From NCBI RefSeq assembly GCF_003514505.1, contig NZ_DOPX01000028.1:11964-75963 (forward strand): DNA of 64,000 nt. The letters are read 5' to 3'. A program made the position numbers and the translations under genes. The notes beneath the pieces are model-generated. The model was not told where the DNA came from. It worked only from the letters and a program-made list of their open reading frames with translations, and did not search any database. The first letter of the stretch is position 1. Each line of letters opens with the position of its first letter. Of this stretch, positions 1 to 10,528 are shown piece by piece. The stretch comes from Proteiniclasticum sp. GTDB lineage: Bacteria; Bacillota; Clostridia; Clostridiales; Clostridiaceae.

Positions 1-1576
1 TGGAGGCGTGTCTTGAAAGACCTTCCAGCTTCTTTGCGATGTCTAGAAGCTCCATGACACGCCCATCACTTTCATAGGCGCGTTTCAGTTCCGGATTCAT
101 CTCAATGGCTCCTTCTAAAGTAATGCCCAGAACCGTTGGAATCATCTTGGCGATCTGATCCACTTCCCCATAGGGGTAGTTCATGGCTCTGCCCACATCC
201 CGGATACAAGCTCTTGCAGCCATGGTACCAAAGGTGATGATCTGAGCCACATTGTCTGCTCCATATTTTCCTACCACATAGTCAATGACTTCACCTCGCC
301 TTTCGTAGCAAAAGTCCGAATCGATATCCGGCATGGAGATTCTTTCCGGATTGAGAAAACGCTCGAAAAGCAGCTGATACTTGATGGGGTCAATCTTCGT
401 GATGTTGAGGCAATAGGACACACAAGACCCCGCAGCGCTTCCTCTGCCGGCGCCAGTGGCTATGCCATGGTCATTGGCGAACTTGATGAAGTCCCATACG
501 ATGAGGAAATAATCCACATATCCCATATCATTCATGATCTTCAGCTCATAATCTATTCTTGTGATGATCTCCTTCTGCTCTTTCTCCACCAGACCTCTCA
601 GCTCTTCCACATGAATAGGCTTACCCCGATAGGCTGAGAAGGCATCATACTTCTCCACCATCCCTTCGTAGGTCCTTTCTGTGAGATAGGTGTAAGGGTC
701 CGCTCCTTCTGGCAGCGGGAACTTTGGCAGCTTCGACACGTGGAACTCATAGTCAAAGCTGCACATCTCCGCAATTTTCACCGTATTCTCCAGAGCTTCC
801 GGTACATGGGAAAAGAGATCTTCCATTTCCTCATAGGACTTCAGATAGAACTCATCGGAAGGATACCGCATACGGTTCTCTTCCTCCACTGTTTTTCCTG
901 TCTGTATGCAAAGAAGAATGTCATGGGCTCTGGCATCTTCTTTCTTCAGGTAATGAACATCATTGGTGCAGACAAGAGGGATCCCAAGTTCTTTGGCCAA
1001 AGCGATGTTCAGCTTATTGACCTTTCTCTGCTCCTCCAGTCCATGGTCTTGAAGCTCCAGATAATAATCCTCCCCGAACAGTCCATGATAGAACTTCGCG
1101 GCTTCCTTGGCTCTATCCGGCATCCCCAGATTGAAAAACTCCTGCACTTCGCCACCGAGACAAGCAGAAAGACAAATAAGCCCTTCTGAATGCTTCTCCA
1201 GAAAAGCGTGGTCTACCCTTGGTTTATAGTAAAACCCAGACAAGGAGGCTTCCGACACAATCTTCATGAGATTCTCATAGCCCCTCTCGTTCTTTACGAG
1301 AAGAACAAGATGGTGGGTCGTATTCTCCGGATCCTGGTTCTTGATGTTCATATCTTTCGCAGCCACATAGATTTCACAGCCGATGATGGGCTTGATGCCT
1401 GCTTTTTTTGCTTCTTTGTAAAAATCCACACAGCCGTACATGGAGCCATGGTCCGTAATGGCCACATGCTTCATGCCCAGTTCTTTCACACGGCTGATGA
1501 TTCCGCTGATCTTCGCCGAGCCATCCAGAAGACTGTATTCTGTATGAAGGTGAAGATGGGCAAATGGTTTATCCAT
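1..1576 (-). CDS. dnaE: DNA polymerase III alpha subunit (5' part; runs off the left edge)
   Basis: Manual minus-strand translation from ATG at 1576 (RBS GAAAGGA): MDKPFAHLHLHTEYSLLDGSA (PHP domain), GRGSAAGS and RISMPDIDSDF polymerase motifs. Missing from the ORF track because no stop lies in the window. Confidence 0.96.
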   Translation of the reverse strand, partial: MDKPFAHLHLHTEYSLLDGSAKISGIISRVKELGMKHVAITDHGSMYGCVDFYKEAKKAGIKPIIGCEIYVAAKDMNIKNQDPENTTHHLVLLVKNERGYENLMKIVSEASLSGFYYKPRVDHAFLEKHSEGLICLSACLGGEVQEFFNLGMPDRAKEAAKFYHGLFGEDYYLELQDHGLEEQRKVNKLNIALAKELGIPLVCTNDVHYLKKEDARAHDILLCIQTGKTVEEENRMRYPSDEFYLKSYEEMEDLFSHVPEALENTVKIAEMCSFDYEFHVSKLPKFPLPEGADPYTYLTERTYEGMVEKYDAFSAYRGKPIHVEELRGLVEKEQKEIITRIDYELKIMNDMGYVDYFLIVWDFIKFANDHGIATGAGRGSAAGSCVSYCLNITKIDPIKYQLLFERFLNPERISMPDIDSDFCYERRGEVIDYVVGKYGADNVAQIITFGTMAARACIRDVGRAMNYPYGEVDQIAKMIPTVLGITLEGAIEMNPELKRAYESDGRVMELLDIAKKLEGLSRHAS

Positions 1577-1615
1577 AAATTCAGTCCTTTCTATACCAAA
1601 GACAAATAGAGGTTC

Positions 1616-1906
1616 CTATGCGCTGAAGTCACAGGCTTTGGAATCTTCAAGCATGGGTCTTAAGTGCGCCAGCACCTCATCCACATGGTACGGATGCACC
1701 TGATACTCATCCATGGCTTCTTTGGAGTCAAAACCTGAAATGAGGCAGATGTCGTAGCTTCTTCCCGTGAACAACTCATCTTGACCTACCACCAGATGCT
1801 TCAGCTGGGGGATGTTTCCCTCCATGGCCTGAAGCAGCCCCTTTGCCTTTTCCATATTCTCTTTAGAGTTTTCTTTTAACTTGAACATCACAACATGATA
1901 AAACAT
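1616..1906 (-). CDS. Dabb family stress-responsive A/B barrel protein
   Basis: 96 aa; HVVMFKLK start and YQVHPYH near the C-terminus are typical of Dabb. Confidence 0.85.
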   Translation of the reverse strand: MFYHVVMFKLKENSKENMEKAKGLLQAMEGNIPQLKHLVVGQDELFTGRSYDICLISGFDSKEAMDEYQVHPYHVDEVLAHLRPMLEDSKACDFSA

Positions 1907-1953
1907 ATGATTTCCCCCTATTTACTCCATGTGCTTTCTTTACACCTTCGTTC

Positions 1954-3252
1954 TTACTCATCCAGCGTATGCAAAATACTGAGTCTGGATGTGGCAATGA
2001 GCTTGTCTCTTGATTTCAGATTCACATCCACTTTAGAGTGGAGCTTAGATGTCTTGATGATGTTGATCTCCATGGTGAACTTCGCATCAATGCCCAGCAC
2101 TTCATAAAAGTCCGTAGCGCATTTATCCAGGCTGCAGCTGTAGTACTGGTTCTGAAGATGGGAGATGGCAGTCTTTGACATGAGCATGGAAAGGAGTCCT
2201 CTGGAAGCATTACCCAAGGGATCCAGAAACTCTGCCGTCACCACGCCACTGTAGTAGAACTTCCCTTCTCTTTTTTCCACCGTCAAGTGCCGGATGATCT
2301 TATCCTCCATGGTATCTGTTTCCATGGGCTTCATATGACGCTCCTGAAGAGCTTTCAGGATGTCCGTTCTCGTAATGACGCCCACAAGGACTCCATCTTC
2401 AGTCACAGGACACAGCGGAAGATTTTCCCAGTCCATGATGTGTGCCACATAGGATACCGTGGTCTTGGGCGTTACAGAAAGATTCACCTTGCGGAGCACC
2501 TCTCCCACCCGGTCACTGTCTTCTCTGCCAAGGGTTTCCTTGGGGGTGATAATGCCCTGGACCACCATTTTCTCATCCACCACCGGAAACTTTTCATGGC
2601 CAGAACGCTCAGACAGCCTGATATAGTCATGGATGGTGTCCCGCACTGTCAGATGATAGGTTTCCTTCTGGATGATGTCTTTCACATAGGGAATGGTCTG
2701 TTTGATGAGATTTTCTGAGATGCCACGATTGATCATGGATGCTGTGGTGAATGTGTCATAGGAACAGGAGATGATTGGAATCTTCAGCCTGTCCGCCAGG
2801 GCCACATTCTTCTCCGAAGCTTTGAAGCCACCGGTGATGAGCACACCAACCCCCATGTTGAGGGCAAGGCTATGCACTTCATCCCGGTTGCCCACAATGA
2901 GAAGGCCACCAACTGTGAGATACTTTTTCATGGCTTCCATGGTCATGGCTCCGATGTTGAACCTGTAGATGGTCTTTTCAATGCCATCTCTGCCACCAAG
3001 AAGCTCTCCATCTACTATACGGATGATCTCATTGTAGGTGATGGATTCGATCTTTTTCTCTTTTTCACTCTCCACACGGATGGTTCCTGTTCGGGGAAGG
3101 GTTTCCAGATACCCTTCCTCCTCCATGAGCTTAATGGCTTTATAAGCCGTGGCATCACTGACTCCCCGGTCTTTTGCCAGGGTTCTGACAGAGAGTTTTG
3201 TGCCCAGCTGCATTTCTTTAATATGTTCCATGATACGGTCGATCTTCGCCAT
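1954..3252 (-). CDS. wHTH-DRTGG-CBS-hotdog domain protein (YtoI-like)
   Basis: N-terminal wHTH (SVRTLAKDRGVSDATAYKAIK), DRTGG region (IVGNR, LITGG), tandem CBS domains, C-terminal thioesterase-like region. Confidence 0.85.
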   Translation of the reverse strand: MAKIDRIMEHIKEMQLGTKLSVRTLAKDRGVSDATAYKAIKLMEEEGYLETLPRTGTIRVESEKEKKIESITYNEIIRIVDGELLGGRDGIEKTIYRFNIGAMTMEAMKKYLTVGGLLIVGNRDEVHSLALNMGVGVLITGGFKASEKNVALADRLKIPIISCSYDTFTTASMINRGISENLIKQTIPYVKDIIQKETYHLTVRDTIHDYIRLSERSGHEKFPVVDEKMVVQGIITPKETLGREDSDRVGEVLRKVNLSVTPKTTVSYVAHIMDWENLPLCPVTEDGVLVGVITRTDILKALQERHMKPMETDTMEDKIIRHLTVEKREGKFYYSGVVTAEFLDPLGNASRGLLSMLMSKTAISHLQNQYYSCSLDKCATDFYEVLGIDAKFTMEINIIKTSKLHSKVDVNLKSRDKLIATSRLSILHTLDE

Positions 3253-4202
3253 TAGAGTCCTCCCTTTCTCAGTTCATCTGCAATCTTTTCTATTTTTCTC
3301 AATCTATGGTTCACTCCGGATTTCCCAACCGGCGGATCGAGCATTTCTCCAAGCTCCTTCAATGACTCATCTGGATATTCAAGCCGCAGCTCTGCAATAT
3401 CACGCAGGGGCTTTGAGAGTCTTTTCAGACCAATCTCCTTTTCGATGAGCTTAATGGATTCCACTTGCCGAACCGCTGCATTAACGGTCTTTGAAAGGTT
3501 TGCTGTCTCGCAGTTCACCAGTCGGTTCACATTGTTCCTCATATCTTTGACAATGCGGACATTTTCGAACTCAAAAAGACTATTGTAGGCACCGATGATG
3601 GAAAGAATATCCACGATCTGTTCTCCCTCTTTCAGGTAGACAATGTGGGAGTTCTTTCGGGCGATGACCTTTGAAGTCAGCCCATAGGAATTAATCAGCT
3701 CTTTCAGCTCTTCTGCAAGTTCCAGAGAGTTCACCACAAACTCCAGATGATAGGCTTTCTCCGGATTTGACACACTGCCAGATCCCAGAAAGGAGCCTTT
3801 GATATAGGCTTTCTTCAGCGCATCCGTATGCACCAGATTGGGACTGATGGAGTAGTTCAGCCCCACAGCGCCTTCCTCTTCCTTCAGTATTCCTGTCTCC
3901 AGAAGAAGTTCCCGAAGGCCCATATCCTCGGAGATGACAATCACATAGACATTGTTTTTCTTGAGAGATCCGGATTTTTTCACGAGAAGCCTTCCATGAA
4001 TTTTCAAATGGTCCTTGAGAAGCTTAAAAATAAACCTCGCTGTGGAGGGGTTCTCCGTAGTGATTTTAAACGACAGCTTCGCAGACCCAAAGGCCAGGGT
4101 TCCGGATAGACGCATGATGGCGGATAAAAGAGCAATGATTTCTGCCCTTGTAATTTCTGTATTTTTCGTGATTTCATTTTTCACTGTAGAGGAAAAAGAC
4201 AT
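3252..4202 (-). CDS. whiA: DNA-binding protein WhiA
   Basis: MSFSSTVKNE start, GSVSNPEKAYHLE, RNNVNRLVNCETANL, KSGVNHRLRKI. Start moved to ATG 4202 (ORF track gives 4211). Confidence 0.95.
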   Translation of the reverse strand: MSFSSTVKNEITKNTEITRAEIIALLSAIMRLSGTLAFGSAKLSFKITTENPSTARFIFKLLKDHLKIHGRLLVKKSGSLKKNNVYVIVISEDMGLRELLLETGILKEEEGAVGLNYSISPNLVHTDALKKAYIKGSFLGSGSVSNPEKAYHLEFVVNSLELAEELKELINSYGLTSKVIARKNSHIVYLKEGEQIVDILSIIGAYNSLFEFENVRIVKDMRNNVNRLVNCETANLSKTVNAAVRQVESIKLIEKEIGLKRLSKPLRDIAELRLEYPDESLKELGEMLDPPVGKSGVNHRLRKIEKIADELRKGGL

Positions 4203-4343
4203 ATAGCTCACCAGCCTGTTTTATTATAGTTCGATAATTCTCTGTATCTTCTGTATTTTTCAAGACAGTTTTAGTACAGCTGACCCTTCAATTATAACAT
4301 AAACCATCCCTGGTGCATCGCAAAAAGACCCCTTTACGTCGTA

Positions 4344-4396
4344 TAAAATTAGACCGAAAGCTCTGACTGCACATCAAAGATTCCGGTCTAATTTTA
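4344..4396 (-). terminator. Probable intrinsic terminator after yvcK
   Basis: Inverted repeat TAAAATTAGACCG...CGGTCTAATTTTA just past the yvcK stop. Confidence 0.5.
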
Positions 4397-4405
4397 CATT
4401 CAATC

Positions 4406-5737
4406 CTACTGCTTCTTCCCTTTGAGTTTTCCAGACAGCGCCACATACTCCAGAATTCTCTTCTTGTCACTGACCAAGGTCTCTTCCAGAACAATCTCCA
4501 TGAGCTTCTGTGAGAGCTTATCCGCATCATGCCGTACAGAAGATTCTCTTGGTTTTATAAAGTCTCCCTGGATCAGTTTGAAAGGCTCTTCTTTAAGGTT
4601 CTCATAATCAATCTCCACTTCAAACTGGTTCATTCGATGATACTTTTCCCGAAGATGATCATTTCTGATCTTCATATCATTGGCAAAAACGTAGTCCAGC
4701 GGACCGATGTCCCCATGGGCATAGAGCGCTTTCAGATGATCCGATACTTTAAAGCCATCTGTTTCACCAGGCTGAGTCATGACATTGGCGATGTAAATCT
4801 TCCTGCCTCTGCTTTCTTTAATGGCTTCAGGCACACCTTTCACCAGAAGGTTTGGAATAACAGAGGTGTATAGCGATCCTGGACCTAAAATAATGGCATC
4901 TGCCCGTAGAATTTCATTTTTCACATCTTCTAATGCCTCTGCATCCTCGGGCACAATATAGAGCCTTTGAATCCTCGCTCCTTCTTTGATACTCACATCT
5001 GGAATATGGGACTCTCCCACCACCAGCTGATTGTTATCCAGCACCGCATGAATCTTCACATTATCCAAGGTCACAGGGAGCACCTTACCAGTGATGGCAA
5101 GGACGCTGGCCATCTTCTGCACTGCATCCTCAAAATTGTCTGATACTCCATCCATGGCCGCCAGAAAAAGATTACCGAAGCTTTGTCCTTTCAGCGTACC
5201 ATCTTTAAAACGGTACTGCATAAGTTCCTCCATGAGAGGCTCTGTGTTGGCAAGGGCCACCAGACAGTTTCTGATGTCACCAGGCGGCAGGATGCCAAGA
5301 TCCTCTCTGAGCGCGCCTGAGCCGCCGCCGTCATCGGCCACGGTCACCACGGCGGTAATATTATTGGTGTAGTTCTTGATCCCTTTCAATATGGTGGAAA
5401 GACCTGTTCCTCCACCAATGATGACCACTCTTGGTCCTTGGACCAGAAGCTTCTTGTCATGAATGAGACTTCCGATCTCCCTGGAGTCCATATTGAAATG
5501 AATGAGACCATCCTGCACAAGACTCATAAAGCTTTTGATAAGCTCCGCAGTAGATACATACAAGGTGGAAGCTCCCAGTATCAGAAGATACACATAATAG
5601 ACGCTATAGGCTTCTTCTCCAAAGCGTCTGAAAATAAGCTCTATGATCGCAAATATTAGGAGTCCTATGCCTACGATCCCCAGTCCAAACCATCTTTTCA
5701 ACCCCACACCCATATTAAGCCAGTCTTTTATCTTCAT
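4406..5737 (-). CDS. yvcK: YvcK/GlmR family UDP-GlcNAc-binding protein with N-terminal membrane anchor
   Basis: GGGTGLS, VTVADDGGGSG, PPGDIRNCL, GPGSLYTS motifs. Likely start is MKIKDWL at 5737, with a TGnTATAAT extended -10 about 40 bp upstream. Confidence 0.92.
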   Translation of the reverse strand: MKIKDWLNMGVGLKRWFGLGIVGIGLLIFAIIELIFRRFGEEAYSVYYVYLLILGASTLYVSTAELIKSFMSLVQDGLIHFNMDSREIGSLIHDKKLLVQGPRVVIIGGGTGLSTILKGIKNYTNNITAVVTVADDGGGSGALREDLGILPPGDIRNCLVALANTEPLMEELMQYRFKDGTLKGQSFGNLFLAAMDGVSDNFEDAVQKMASVLAITGKVLPVTLDNVKIHAVLDNNQLVVGESHIPDVSIKEGARIQRLYIVPEDAEALEDVKNEILRADAIILGPGSLYTSVIPNLLVKGVPEAIKESRGRKIYIANVMTQPGETDGFKVSDHLKALYAHGDIGPLDYVFANDMKIRNDHLREKYHRMNQFEVEIDYENLKEEPFKLIQGDFIKPRESSVRHDADKLSQKLMEIVLEETLVSDKKRILEYVALSGKLKGKKQ

Positions 5738-6055
5738 AGTTATGCACCACAAATCCCTCATATTTATTACATAGATTATACCACAGCCGCTTGGATAGGG
5801 AACATATCGCCAGTACATAAGAAGTTCTTGCGGTAAATTCCACGGAATCCCTGTTTCTCCTCTGGCTCCAAAGTCGATAAAACTCAAATCTCTGTATGGC
5901 ATACGATGTTCGGGCAATGCTTTTCTTAGCTTAGCACTGAACTTTACTTCGCATTTCCCTAGACAAAGTGCACCCATAAGGTCCCACTCAAATACATATG
6001 TGAAGAATCTCTTTTCTTATGCATCATGTGGAAGCTGCCACTTTTCCTCAAACTG

Positions 6056-6090
6056 AAAGGGGAGACTATGATAACATAGCCTCTCCCTTT
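6056..6090 (-). terminator. Terminator-like hairpin after the GH149-like gene
   Basis: AAAGGGGAGACTATG-ATAA-CATAGCCTCTCCCTTT imperfect inverted repeat. Confidence 0.6.
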
Positions 6091-6143
6091 AAAAATCAGG
6101 TTTTCACCAATTCAATATAGATGAACTACATCGTTCATGCACA

Positions 6144-9100
6144 TTATCTTTTGCTTTTTACCTTCTCCCAGTTGATCTGTACGATGATTTTGTCAAATTT
6201 AGCTTCCCGTCTGAAGATACTGGATGAGATTTCTCTATTGAGCTTAAGGCAGTTCTCAAAGGTGTATCTATCCCCATTCTCATAAAACACCGAGACAGCA
6301 TCATGGTCTGTACATTCATATATCACAGGCACAGAACATAGGGTGAATCCGAGCTGGTTCTCCCTAATATCCAGCTTCCGTCCAGGCAGCATCCAATCCA
6401 CAGGGCTCTTTATGAACTCCTCTTCCGATAAAAGAGTCGGTGCAAAGGAGATTTCCCCTTGCGATACAAAGACACCAAGCTCACTGAATCTTGTTATGAT
6501 ATCCTCCTTGACCTGTCCCGTCATGCCAGGCTGCTGGACACCAGCAAAACTTGGTGTGTGGGAGTAGGCATCCGTTGGGAACGCGCCATATTTTACTGGT
6601 GATTTTGTCACGCCAATGCCTTCTTTTAAATCTCTGAAGTGCTTTTTCAGCTGATCCGCCTCATCCGCAGCTCCCCTAAGAACCGCATGGTCGTGATTTT
6701 CCTTCGCAGCCAGCACCAGTTTTGAAACCATATGCCAGTAAATGCTTCCTAGACCCTCATACTTGAAGAAGGTCCCCGATCGGCCGGTAAAGGCATGGTG
6801 ATCAAACAAGTTGCTGAATATCTCACCCACAGCCTGAATATCCTTATGCTCATAGGCATCAGTTTTTCTTAAAGCATCCATGATTTCCTTGGCATTTCGG
6901 AATTGTCCATTAAACCGGTACTGACCATTGACATCCTTTTCCACAAATTTCCGGGAACCCATCTCAAGTTCCTTCTTCAAAATCAGAGAGGATTCCACCG
7001 CTTCCGCTGGAATGATGTTTTTCTCCAAAAACTTCGGCAAATCCCTTTCAGGATACAGCATATAGCTGTTCTGGTCTTCACGGTAAATTTTACTGTTTCT
7101 GAGAGCTTCCAGCACGTTCAGCGCTTCATCCTCGCTTAAGGCTCCGGAGCTTAGCACCGCCACCTGGCCTTCAAGCATCTCATATAAATGAGATAGCGTG
7201 CAGGTATGTCCAGAGAACTTCAGCAGATTATAGGAATGATAGAGTCCATCTTCTCTTCTGTTTTCTTTGATGGTCGTGATCAGATGCCGTTCTGCCGTAT
7301 TCAAAAATCTTCTGACATCCAGATAATCAAGTTGAATCTTTTCACCTGTAAAACCATTCTCATAAATCGCTTGGCGGTAGGATTCTCCAATCTTACCAAG
7401 TTTCTTGACCATCTCAAACCGCTCTTCTTCCGTGAGCCCTCTCTCCAGAGCTTCCTCACTTTCTGAAAGCACCTTCAGCATCTGATCGAACATGGCTTTC
7501 ACTTCAGAGGATACATCTACAGTTCCAGATACCTCATCCATCAGCCGCTCCATAAAGCTCAAGTACCTGTAGAGATAGTATAACGTAACCATAGATACGC
7601 CATTTCCAACCAAAGCATTGTTGGCATCATTCCATTCCGGACGCTGTGTGTTCATCCATATACCCCCTCCTGGGATATAGTTTGACATCTTAGAAAGCAT
7701 CACCACAAGGAGTTTTTCCATCAGGTTCACATGATAAATCTCTTCTCCTCTAAAATGCAATTTGCCGTCAGCACCACAGTTCTCCACTCTTTGTTCGATG
7801 AGTCCCGCGCATTCTTCATCATAGACGATGGTATCTTTCGAATTTTCGATCAGGCCGTCTATTCCTTTGATTCTATAAGGTACATTGGCATAGACAAAGC
7901 TTTCTTTTGAGAGCATTTCACCCAATTTCTTTGGATGGTAGTTTCTTGACATCTCCAGGATCTTTAAAAGATAGATCACTTGATGATCTCCCCAGTAACC
8001 GATATTAGACCAGGGATCAGAAGGATCCGGTTCTTCCCAGTCAATTCCATCCTTCGTGATTCGGTACGGATTGTATCCGTCCGGTGTAGATGCATTCACG
8101 AACTTGGAAATGATGCTTTCAATATATTCTGGGAAGGAAATAGAAAGGGCTTCCCAGTTCTGGAAAATATCTCTCCAGTTGCCTTCAAAATTCAGATTCT
8201 GTTCCCCATTTTCACCATTGATCTTGATGTTGAATTTATTCCATGGACGGCTGGGATCTCCATGACGTCTGGAATAGGTCAGAGGCAGATATTCAAGAAC
8301 CAACCGCTCATAATCAGGGTCTCCAGTCTTCTCCACCATAGCGAGCAGATCCAAATAACTGATCTCCCCAGGCAAGTTCTCCAGCTCTTCCTTGTATTTC
8401 GCCATAATAGAACTGTTCCATTTTCCAATGAAGGCAATGAGGTCCTTCGTGGTAATCCTATACCCATCCGCATAAATCCCACCACGCATGATGTTATAAA
8501 GCGTATTCGAAAAATGTCTGTACCCGGCCAACCGATCTTCTGTGAATTGGAACCCATCTGCATCAAAGACCAGTTTTTTGAGCTTTTCGTCACCTCTTAC
8601 AAGATCCTCTTCCAAGGAAGTCAGTATGCTGTCTCCATCCGCAATCTCTTTCATCAGGGATTCCACATCTGATGCGCTCTGCTTCAGCTCTGAAACAATC
8701 ACCCACTTCTTTATGTCAGAAGGTTCAAGCATCAGTTCAGCGGAGACATAAAACGCTCCTCGTTGTCCTTTGATATCATGCTCAGTGGACACTTCAAGAC
8801 CCTTTGCGAAATTTCTGATCTGCTTTTCGGAGAGAAGATACCTGGCATCCCCCAAGCCCTTTGTCCAAACCGTTGTCGCTTTCAGTGATTCACTGGGTTC
8901 TGGCTGGTCCGAAATGATGGAGCTCAGTGTAAAAATCCCAAGCGCAGCGCTTTCTATCAGTTCATTTCTTTTGTATCCATCAATGAGCGTACTTCGGCTT
9001 GTCTGGGTTAGTGCATCGACCCCATAAGGGAGGATGTTCCGAATCCCGTCCAGCACAGAAATCTCTACAGTTTTGCCGCAGCTGCTGACAATCTCTGACT

Positions 9101-9584
9101 CTTTGACCACCCCATAACGGCTGCTCATTTTCCAGGAGTATCGGTAGGTCAGGTTGAGATCAAGATTCTCTTCCTCGAATACTATTTTGTTCCCCATGGT
9201 GTTCTTGTATAGATTTCTCTGGATTTTATATAAATCCGCATTATGGTTCGTAAAAGGTTTCCAGAAAACCCTCCGGTCTCCCAAGGAAACGATCAATGCG
9301 GTATCTGGTCCTGTGGTTTCTATGCTGTCATGGACTTTATCGTCGGTGACGTAGGGAAACAGAGCATTATCCGCATTTTCTCTTCCCGCCGTAAGACCAC
9401 CGGTACTGGACACAAACATCCAGAAATCCCCATCATTGACAATGGTCATGAAAAATGGAGGCATCTCATGAAAATCACTGATTCTGAAAAATGTTTCACC
9501 GTTCATTTCCACTGTTTTCAAAGAAACTTCCGGTGAATCTCCTTGTAAAATACAATCCCCGATATATAAACTCTTATCTCTCAT
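6144..9584 (-). CDS. Putative GH149-family beta-1,3-glucan phosphorylase
   Basis: 1146 aa, no signal peptide. PFFMTIV...WMFVSSTGGLTAGR...ALFPY, SRRHGDPSRPWN, GYWGDH, QRPEWNDANNAL (WND catalytic Asp motif as in GH94/149/161), YEGLGSIYWHM, QQPGMTGQVKE. Confidence 0.8.
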   Translation of the reverse strand: MRDKSLYIGDCILQGDSPEVSLKTVEMNGETFFRISDFHEMPPFFMTIVNDGDFWMFVSSTGGLTAGRENADNALFPYVTDDKVHDSIETTGPDTALIVSLGDRRVFWKPFTNHNADLYKIQRNLYKNTMGNKIVFEEENLDLNLTYRYSWKMSSRYGVVKESEIVSSCGKTVEISVLDGIRNILPYGVDALTQTSRSTLIDGYKRNELIESAALGIFTLSSIISDQPEPSESLKATTVWTKGLGDARYLLSEKQIRNFAKGLEVSTEHDIKGQRGAFYVSAELMLEPSDIKKWVIVSELKQSASDVESLMKEIADGDSILTSLEEDLVRGDEKLKKLVFDADGFQFTEDRLAGYRHFSNTLYNIMRGGIYADGYRITTKDLIAFIGKWNSSIMAKYKEELENLPGEISYLDLLAMVEKTGDPDYERLVLEYLPLTYSRRHGDPSRPWNKFNIKINGENGEQNLNFEGNWRDIFQNWEALSISFPEYIESIISKFVNASTPDGYNPYRITKDGIDWEEPDPSDPWSNIGYWGDHQVIYLLKILEMSRNYHPKKLGEMLSKESFVYANVPYRIKGIDGLIENSKDTIVYDEECAGLIEQRVENCGADGKLHFRGEEIYHVNLMEKLLVVMLSKMSNYIPGGGIWMNTQRPEWNDANNALVGNGVSMVTLYYLYRYLSFMERLMDEVSGTVDVSSEVKAMFDQMLKVLSESEEALERGLTEEERFEMVKKLGKIGESYRQAIYENGFTGEKIQLDYLDVRRFLNTAERHLITTIKENRREDGLYHSYNLLKFSGHTCTLSHLYEMLEGQVAVLSSGALSEDEALNVLEALRNSKIYREDQNSYMLYPERDLPKFLEKNIIPAEAVESSLILKKELEMGSRKFVEKDVNGQYRFNGQFRNAKEIMDALRKTDAYEHKDIQAVGEIFSNLFDHHAFTGRSGTFFKYEGLGSIYWHMVSKLVLAAKENHDHAVLRGAADEADQLKKHFRDLKEGIGVTKSPVKYGAFPTDAYSHTPSFAGVQQPGMTGQVKEDIITRFSELGVFVSQGEISFAPTLLSEEEFIKSPVDWMLPGRKLDIRENQLGFTLCSVPVIYECTDHDAVSVFYENGDRYTFENCLKLNREISSSIFRREAKFDKIIVQINWEKVKSKR

Positions 9585-9607
9585 CTTACTATCCTTTCAT
9601 CCTATGG

Positions 9608-10528
9608 TTAGCCTTTTACTGCACCTGCTGAGATATTTTCAATCAGATATTTCGAGGCGAAAATAAACACAATAACAATTGGTACAATCGAGATGGCAAA
9701 TCCCAGATAAATTGCTCCCTGATTCTGATACCAGATCCGAAGCGCTTTCAGCGAGGAAATAACCATGGGCAGTGTTTCATTTTCCTTGGAACTTAAAATC
9801 ACTCGCGCACTGAGATAATTGTTCCAAGATCCGATGAAGGTGAAGATGGACATGGTTGCAACTCCTGGTGCCATAAGAGGCAGTGCGATCCTATGGAAGA
9901 TGTACATCTCTCCTGCGCCGTCTATTCTCGCAGCCTCTATGATCTCTCTTCCTAAAGATGAGCTGATATAGGCTCTGAGGAAAAATACCGTGCCGATAGA
10001 GGCAATGGACGGTATGATCAGTGCAAGATGATTGTCCATGAGACCAATCTGTGTCATGAGTCTGACATACCCTAGAAATGCCAGTTGGCTGGGAACCATC
10101 ATGAAAATCAGAATCAGCCCAAACAGAACATTTTTCCCTCTAAAATTATAGATATGGAACCCGTATGCTGTCAGAGCGGAAAAATAAGCTGAAAGAACCG
10201 TAACGGACACGGCTATTTTCAGAGAGTTTCTGAAACCACGCATCACATCAACGTTCTCCACGAGAATTTTATAGTTTTCCATTAAACTTTTTCCAGGTAT
10301 CAACGTGATTCCCTGAGTCGAAATAGACATGCCGTCTCGGGTGGCATTGATGAGCACTATCCAGAAGGGTATCACTGCAATAACCACCAAAAACGCCAGA
10401 AAAAGATAGATCAGCGTATATACCGTCACTTTTCTGATTTTATTTCTTCGAATTTCTCTCCGTCTTTCCTCTTCGGTCTGTGGAGCGCTGCGCTCTACGA
10501 TTCTATTGCCTTTCAAGAGAATCACCAC
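9608..10528 (-). CDS. Carbohydrate ABC transporter permease (MalG-like)
   Basis: EAARIDGA EAA loop, six hydrophobic segments, C-terminal AGAVKG. Real start may be TTG at 10516. Confidence 0.93.
   Translation of the reverse strand: MVILLKGNRIVERSAPQTEEERRREIRRNKIRKVTVYTLIYLFLAFLVVIAVIPFWIVLINATRDGMSISTQGITLIPGKSLMENYKILVENVDVMRGFRNSLKIAVSVTVLSAYFSALTAYGFHIYNFRGKNVLFGLILIFMMVPSQLAFLGYVRLMTQIGLMDNHLALIIPSIASIGTVFFLRAYISSSLGREIIEAARIDGAGEMYIFHRIALPLMAPGVATMSIFTFIGSWNNYLSARVILSSKENETLPMVISSLKALRIWYQNQGAIYLGFAISIVPIVIVFIFASKYLIENISAGAVKG

Noticed and set aside
724..1609. Plus-strand ORFs of 98, 149 and 139 aa
   Set aside because: Antisense shadows of dnaE, which occupies the minus strand.
5738..5977. 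80-aa N-terminal extension of yvcK in the ORF track, or a possible rapZ remnant
   Set aside because: A promoter-like TGnTATAAT and an RBS-like sequence lie inside it, and I saw no RapZ motifs in the frames checked.
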